A DNA stretch of 49,453 nt from Candidatus Micrarchaeota archaeon (GTDB lineage: Archaea; Micrarchaeota; Micrarchaeia; Anstonellales; Bilamarchaeaceae), in contig JAGVWJ010000004.1 in assembly GCA_018304385.1 (NCBI GenBank), positions 1-49,453 of the forward strand, written 5' to 3'. This document shows positions 46,733 through 49,453 of the stretch, in pieces. Positions within the stretch are counted from its first letter, which is position 1, and each line of letters begins with the position of its first letter. Below the pieces are notes generated by a model. The model worked only from the letters and a program-made list of their open reading frames with translations, did no database searches and was not told the origin of the DNA. The position numbers were made by a program, and so were the translations under genes.

Positions 46733-48355
46733 TCAACGCACAACGTGGTTTGGTACTGTTTGTAATGTATCTTTTCTATGCCACCAGTTTGCAAATCTGC
46801 CAACGCGATCATATGAGGGACTTTTTACAGTTTCTTTAACTGTTATAACTGTAGTTCCTTTACCTATCTTTACAGATAATCTATGGAAGTTTCGTGTTTC
46901 TTCTGTTCTTCTCATATCTACTTTATCAGCACCTTTTGTTACTTCGATCTTTGAATTTCGCATCCGATTATGTCCTAATAATAGTTCTCTTTCCTCACCA
47001 GTATTATCTATTACATAAGTTATTTCTTTCGTACTAGAGGTTGTAGTTCTTGTTGCAACCCTTCCGTCTTCTGTTCTTACTAACTCTGTACTTAGGACGT
47101 GTCTTTCATTTTTCGGGTTTTGCATAAGAACGCTAACCTCTCTTGCTGCCCTGACTGATAATGTTACTTCTTTTCCTGGTTGTGTAAAATCAATAGCATC
47201 ACTTCCAACATGCTCGCCATCAAAATAAACATTTGCATGACCTGCAAGCAATGGCTTATCACCTGTTTTAAATCTTGCGCATTCTACTGGCGTAGTTTCT
47301 TGACCAGCGACATCTGCAATAAGCAATAATCTTCCTTCAAATTTTTCCTTTCCTTTAAGTGCAATAGTTACCTTTTCCTGCGGACCAGCTTCTAGTTCTG
47401 TTTCAAACACTATTTTTGGTATTGCACCGCTACTAACCTCAAGACCAGCACCAACAGCCATTTCCTCTAAAGCATTAATCTCATCAAAGTCATAACCGGC
47501 TGCTGCAGCTCCTGCGGCATAGCCACCACCTGCTACTCTTCTACTTGCTGGAGCAACTGACACCGCGGCAATATGCGCAACTCTAGGCATTGGCCTTTCA
47601 AGCTGTGGCGCTGCAATAGTTTCATCACCTAAGTGTCTCTGAGTTAAGGGAGCTGCTCTTAAATCAAGGCTAGGCTCTGCAGAAAAACTTCTTACATTTT
47701 CAAATCTAACCTTACCTGAAAATGGCTGATCAAATGGGTTGCCCCAAATTATTTTAGTATCCATCACAGCTAATGTACCTTTGCCTTCAAAATGGACATC
47801 ATATCTTATTCCCCATCTATTGCCAGGCACAACACATTCAACAGCAGTAAGCTCTGAATCTGCAACCACTGTTACTGTTTGTTTTTGTGGTGCTAGTTCT
47901 CTTGTTTTTCCATCCGTACCCATACTAACTGTTATACCTGCACTTCCAACAGGTAATAATTTTACGCGTCTTTCGCTATCATCTCCTACTTCTAATGCTA
48001 CTAGAACGTTCTCGCCTGCAATATGAAATCCACCGACCCTTCCAGTAGACCCATCAACAGTTGCCTCTTTTCCAACTAATGAATCTAATAACGGACCAAC
48101 ACTTCCAGGTGTTCTCCTTGGTGCTTCTTCTTGTGGATTTGAAGTACGAACGTTTGTTTGAATTTCTCCAGAACCATTAAAACCCCTTAAGCTTCCAACA
48201 ACGCTTGCAATTAATTGTGGTGGAAAGTCAAGCATAACATCCTTTCCTGTAACGGCAAATCTAGCTGTGGTCATTCCATCTGATCGTACTACTAGGCTTT
48301 TTGGAACTTGAACCTTTTGCGCTCCAAAATTAGCATGGACTACATCTCCTACCAT
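46733..48355 (-). CDS. DUF4139-like beta-rich protein
   Basis: WGIRYDV and GHANVYFDGEHVG segments resemble DUF4139; family call tentative. Confidence 0.55.
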   Translation of the reverse strand: MVGDVVHANFGAQKVQVPKSLVVRSDGMTTARFAVTGKDVMLDFPPQLIASVVGSLRGFNGSGEIQTNVRTSNPQEEAPRRTPGSVGPLLDSLVGKEATVDGSTGRVGGFHIAGENVLVALEVGDDSERRVKLLPVGSAGITVSMGTDGKTRELAPQKQTVTVVADSELTAVECVVPGNRWGIRYDVHFEGKGTLAVMDTKIIWGNPFDQPFSGKVRFENVRSFSAEPSLDLRAAPLTQRHLGDETIAAPQLERPMPRVAHIAAVSVAPASRRVAGGGYAAGAAAAGYDFDEINALEEMAVGAGLEVSSGAIPKIVFETELEAGPQEKVTIALKGKEKFEGRLLLIADVAGQETTPVECARFKTGDKPLLAGHANVYFDGEHVGSDAIDFTQPGKEVTLSVRAAREVSVLMQNPKNERHVLSTELVRTEDGRVATRTTTSSTKEITYVIDNTGEERELLLGHNRMRNSKIEVTKGADKVDMRRTEETRNFHRLSVKIGKGTTVITVKETVKSPSYDRVGRFANWWHRKDTLQTVPNHVVR

Positions 48356-48458
48356 ATTAACCCCTCCAAAAATTTGTGATAGGTTATCTAAGTTAAGGTT
48401 TTTAAAGAGGTTACATGGCAGAACAATATTTATAAATACTTCCGTGCAGAATTAGTTT

Positions 48459-48533
48459 ATGGAAATTAGCTGGAAATTAATTTATCGCTTATTATTCGTA
48501 ACCGTTAGCCCAGCATATGTGCCAGGGCAGTAA
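48459..48533 (+). CDS. Candidate 24-aa leader peptide upstream of proB
   Basis: MEISWKLIYRLLFVTVSPAYVPGQ; ATG 30 bp after the TTTATAAATA box at 48429; both Pro codons are CCA. Confidence 0.4.
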   Translation: MEISWKLIYRLLFVTVSPAYVPGQ

Positions 48534-48634
48534 CGCCCGATATTTATTATTTAGCCGCAAGGCCCAGATTTGTTTGAACTTTTTTTTATTTACTGTAATT
48601 AATACAAAAGATAAATCAAATGAGGTGTTTACAA

Positions 48635-49331
48635 ATGAAAAATAGAAGGGATTTACTTCCATGCGGGAAGAATAGTTGTTAAGATTGGTAGTAGTACAAT
48701 AGTTAATGCAGAACGCAGATTTAATTTTAAAATTGCGGAAGCGCTAGCAGAAGATATTGTAAAATTAAAAAGAGCTGGAAAGGATGTGTTACTCGTATCT
48801 AGCGGAGCTATTGCTTTAGGAAGAAACGGACATAGCAGTGAATTGGATAAACGTATTGCCGCTGCGAAGGGACAGGTAGCTCTTATGACTGGATGGCGCG
48901 AGGTTTTTGCAATGCATGCCATAGATGTTTGCCAAGTACTAGTAAGCAATGGCTGCCAGATTGATTTTAATGCACTTAGTAGTGCTACAACGCAACTAGT
49001 AATAAATGGCAATGATGTTATTGAAGAAACTAATAATGATTTAGTTGCAAGTAAAGTTGCACGAAACACTAATGCAGATTTGTTAGTTTTATTAACAAAT
49101 GTAGATGGATACTTAGATGGCACTGGAAAAAGAGTATCTAGTATGGATGCACATAGTGCGCAGTTCGATGCTAGTACCTTCAGTGAATTTGGAACTGGAG
49201 GCATTGCTACAAAACTGCAAGCAATAAGAGAAGCTGCGATAACTGCTGTAATTGCAAATGGCACAGAACATACTGTACTTAGTCGCATTTTGGCGGGCGA
49301 GGATGTTGGAACTCTTGTGAGGGGTGAATAA
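48635..49331 (+). CDS. proB: Glutamate 5-kinase-like protein without PUA domain; needs a +1 frameshift near codon 8
   Basis: RIVVKIGSS, VSSGAIALG, AAAKGQ, LLTNVDG and GTGGIATK lie in the +1 frame relative to the GAGGTG-preceded ATG 48635. Confidence 0.85.
48646..48661 (+). promoter_or_regulatory. Putative +1 frameshift cassette AAGGGATTTACTTCCA (proB)
   Basis: Identical 16-mer in the same codon phase at 49338-49353. Confidence 0.7.
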
Positions 49332-49332
49332 A

Positions 49333-49453
49333 ATGCAAAGGGATTTACTTCCACAAAAGGATGGCAATAATTGGCGCAGGAAATATGGGAAGCCTAATAG
49401 CATCTAGAGTAATCAATAACCTGTTCGCAGCTCGCGATGTTTTTGTAACTGGC
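49333..49453 (+). CDS. proC: Pyrroline-5-carboxylate reductase, 5' part, truncated by the window; main frame is +1 to ATG 49333
   Basis: KRMAIIGAGNMGSLIA...DVFVTG Rossmann start typical of ProC, directly after proB. Confidence 0.78.
49338..49353 (+). promoter_or_regulatory. Putative +1 frameshift cassette AAGGGATTTACTTCCA (proC)
   Basis: Identical to 48646-48661. Confidence 0.7.

Noticed and set aside
48480-48600. T-box riboswitch upstream of proB
   Set aside because: No AGGGUGGNACC T-box sequence or specifier stem found
48653-49354. 233-aa minus-strand ORF over proB
   Set aside because: Antisense to the frame carrying clear kinase motifs

Overview
AT-rich archaeal window, most consistent with a DPANN lineage such as Micrarchaeota (inferred from S8e, Cgi121, archaeal PyrH/Pth2/NurA, GGTGA-type SD sites and class III signal-peptide pilins; not database-confirmed). 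It carries housekeeping genes (pyrH, ATP-dependent ligase, metG, rps8e, cgi121, pth2, nurA, Lhr-like helicase, class I GAPDH) and a nadA / GXGXG beta-helix / divergent class II GAPDH-like cluster. A large dispersed type IV pilus locus has 2 ATPases, 4 TadB/C-like proteins, at least 8 pilin-like proteins and a KaiC-like ATPase. Top candidate: proB and proC share an identical 16-nt cassette AAGGGATTTACTTCCA a few codons after their SD-preceded ATG, and both catalytic domains lie in the +1 frame. The geometry mirrors the prfB shift site with a Pro codon in place of the stop, suggesting a proline-sensing programmed +1 frameshift. A weaker third case with a Met codon precedes a SAM hydrolase-like gene next to metG. 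Second candidate: an about 88-nt structured leader occurs twice, ending exactly 14 nt before the start codons of rps8e and a TadC-like gene. Also present are 7-bp-period hairpin elements, a 26-bp duplication breaking a cyclase gene, and two small ORFs missing from the ORF track. No tRNA, rRNA, CRISPR array or transposase was recognised.
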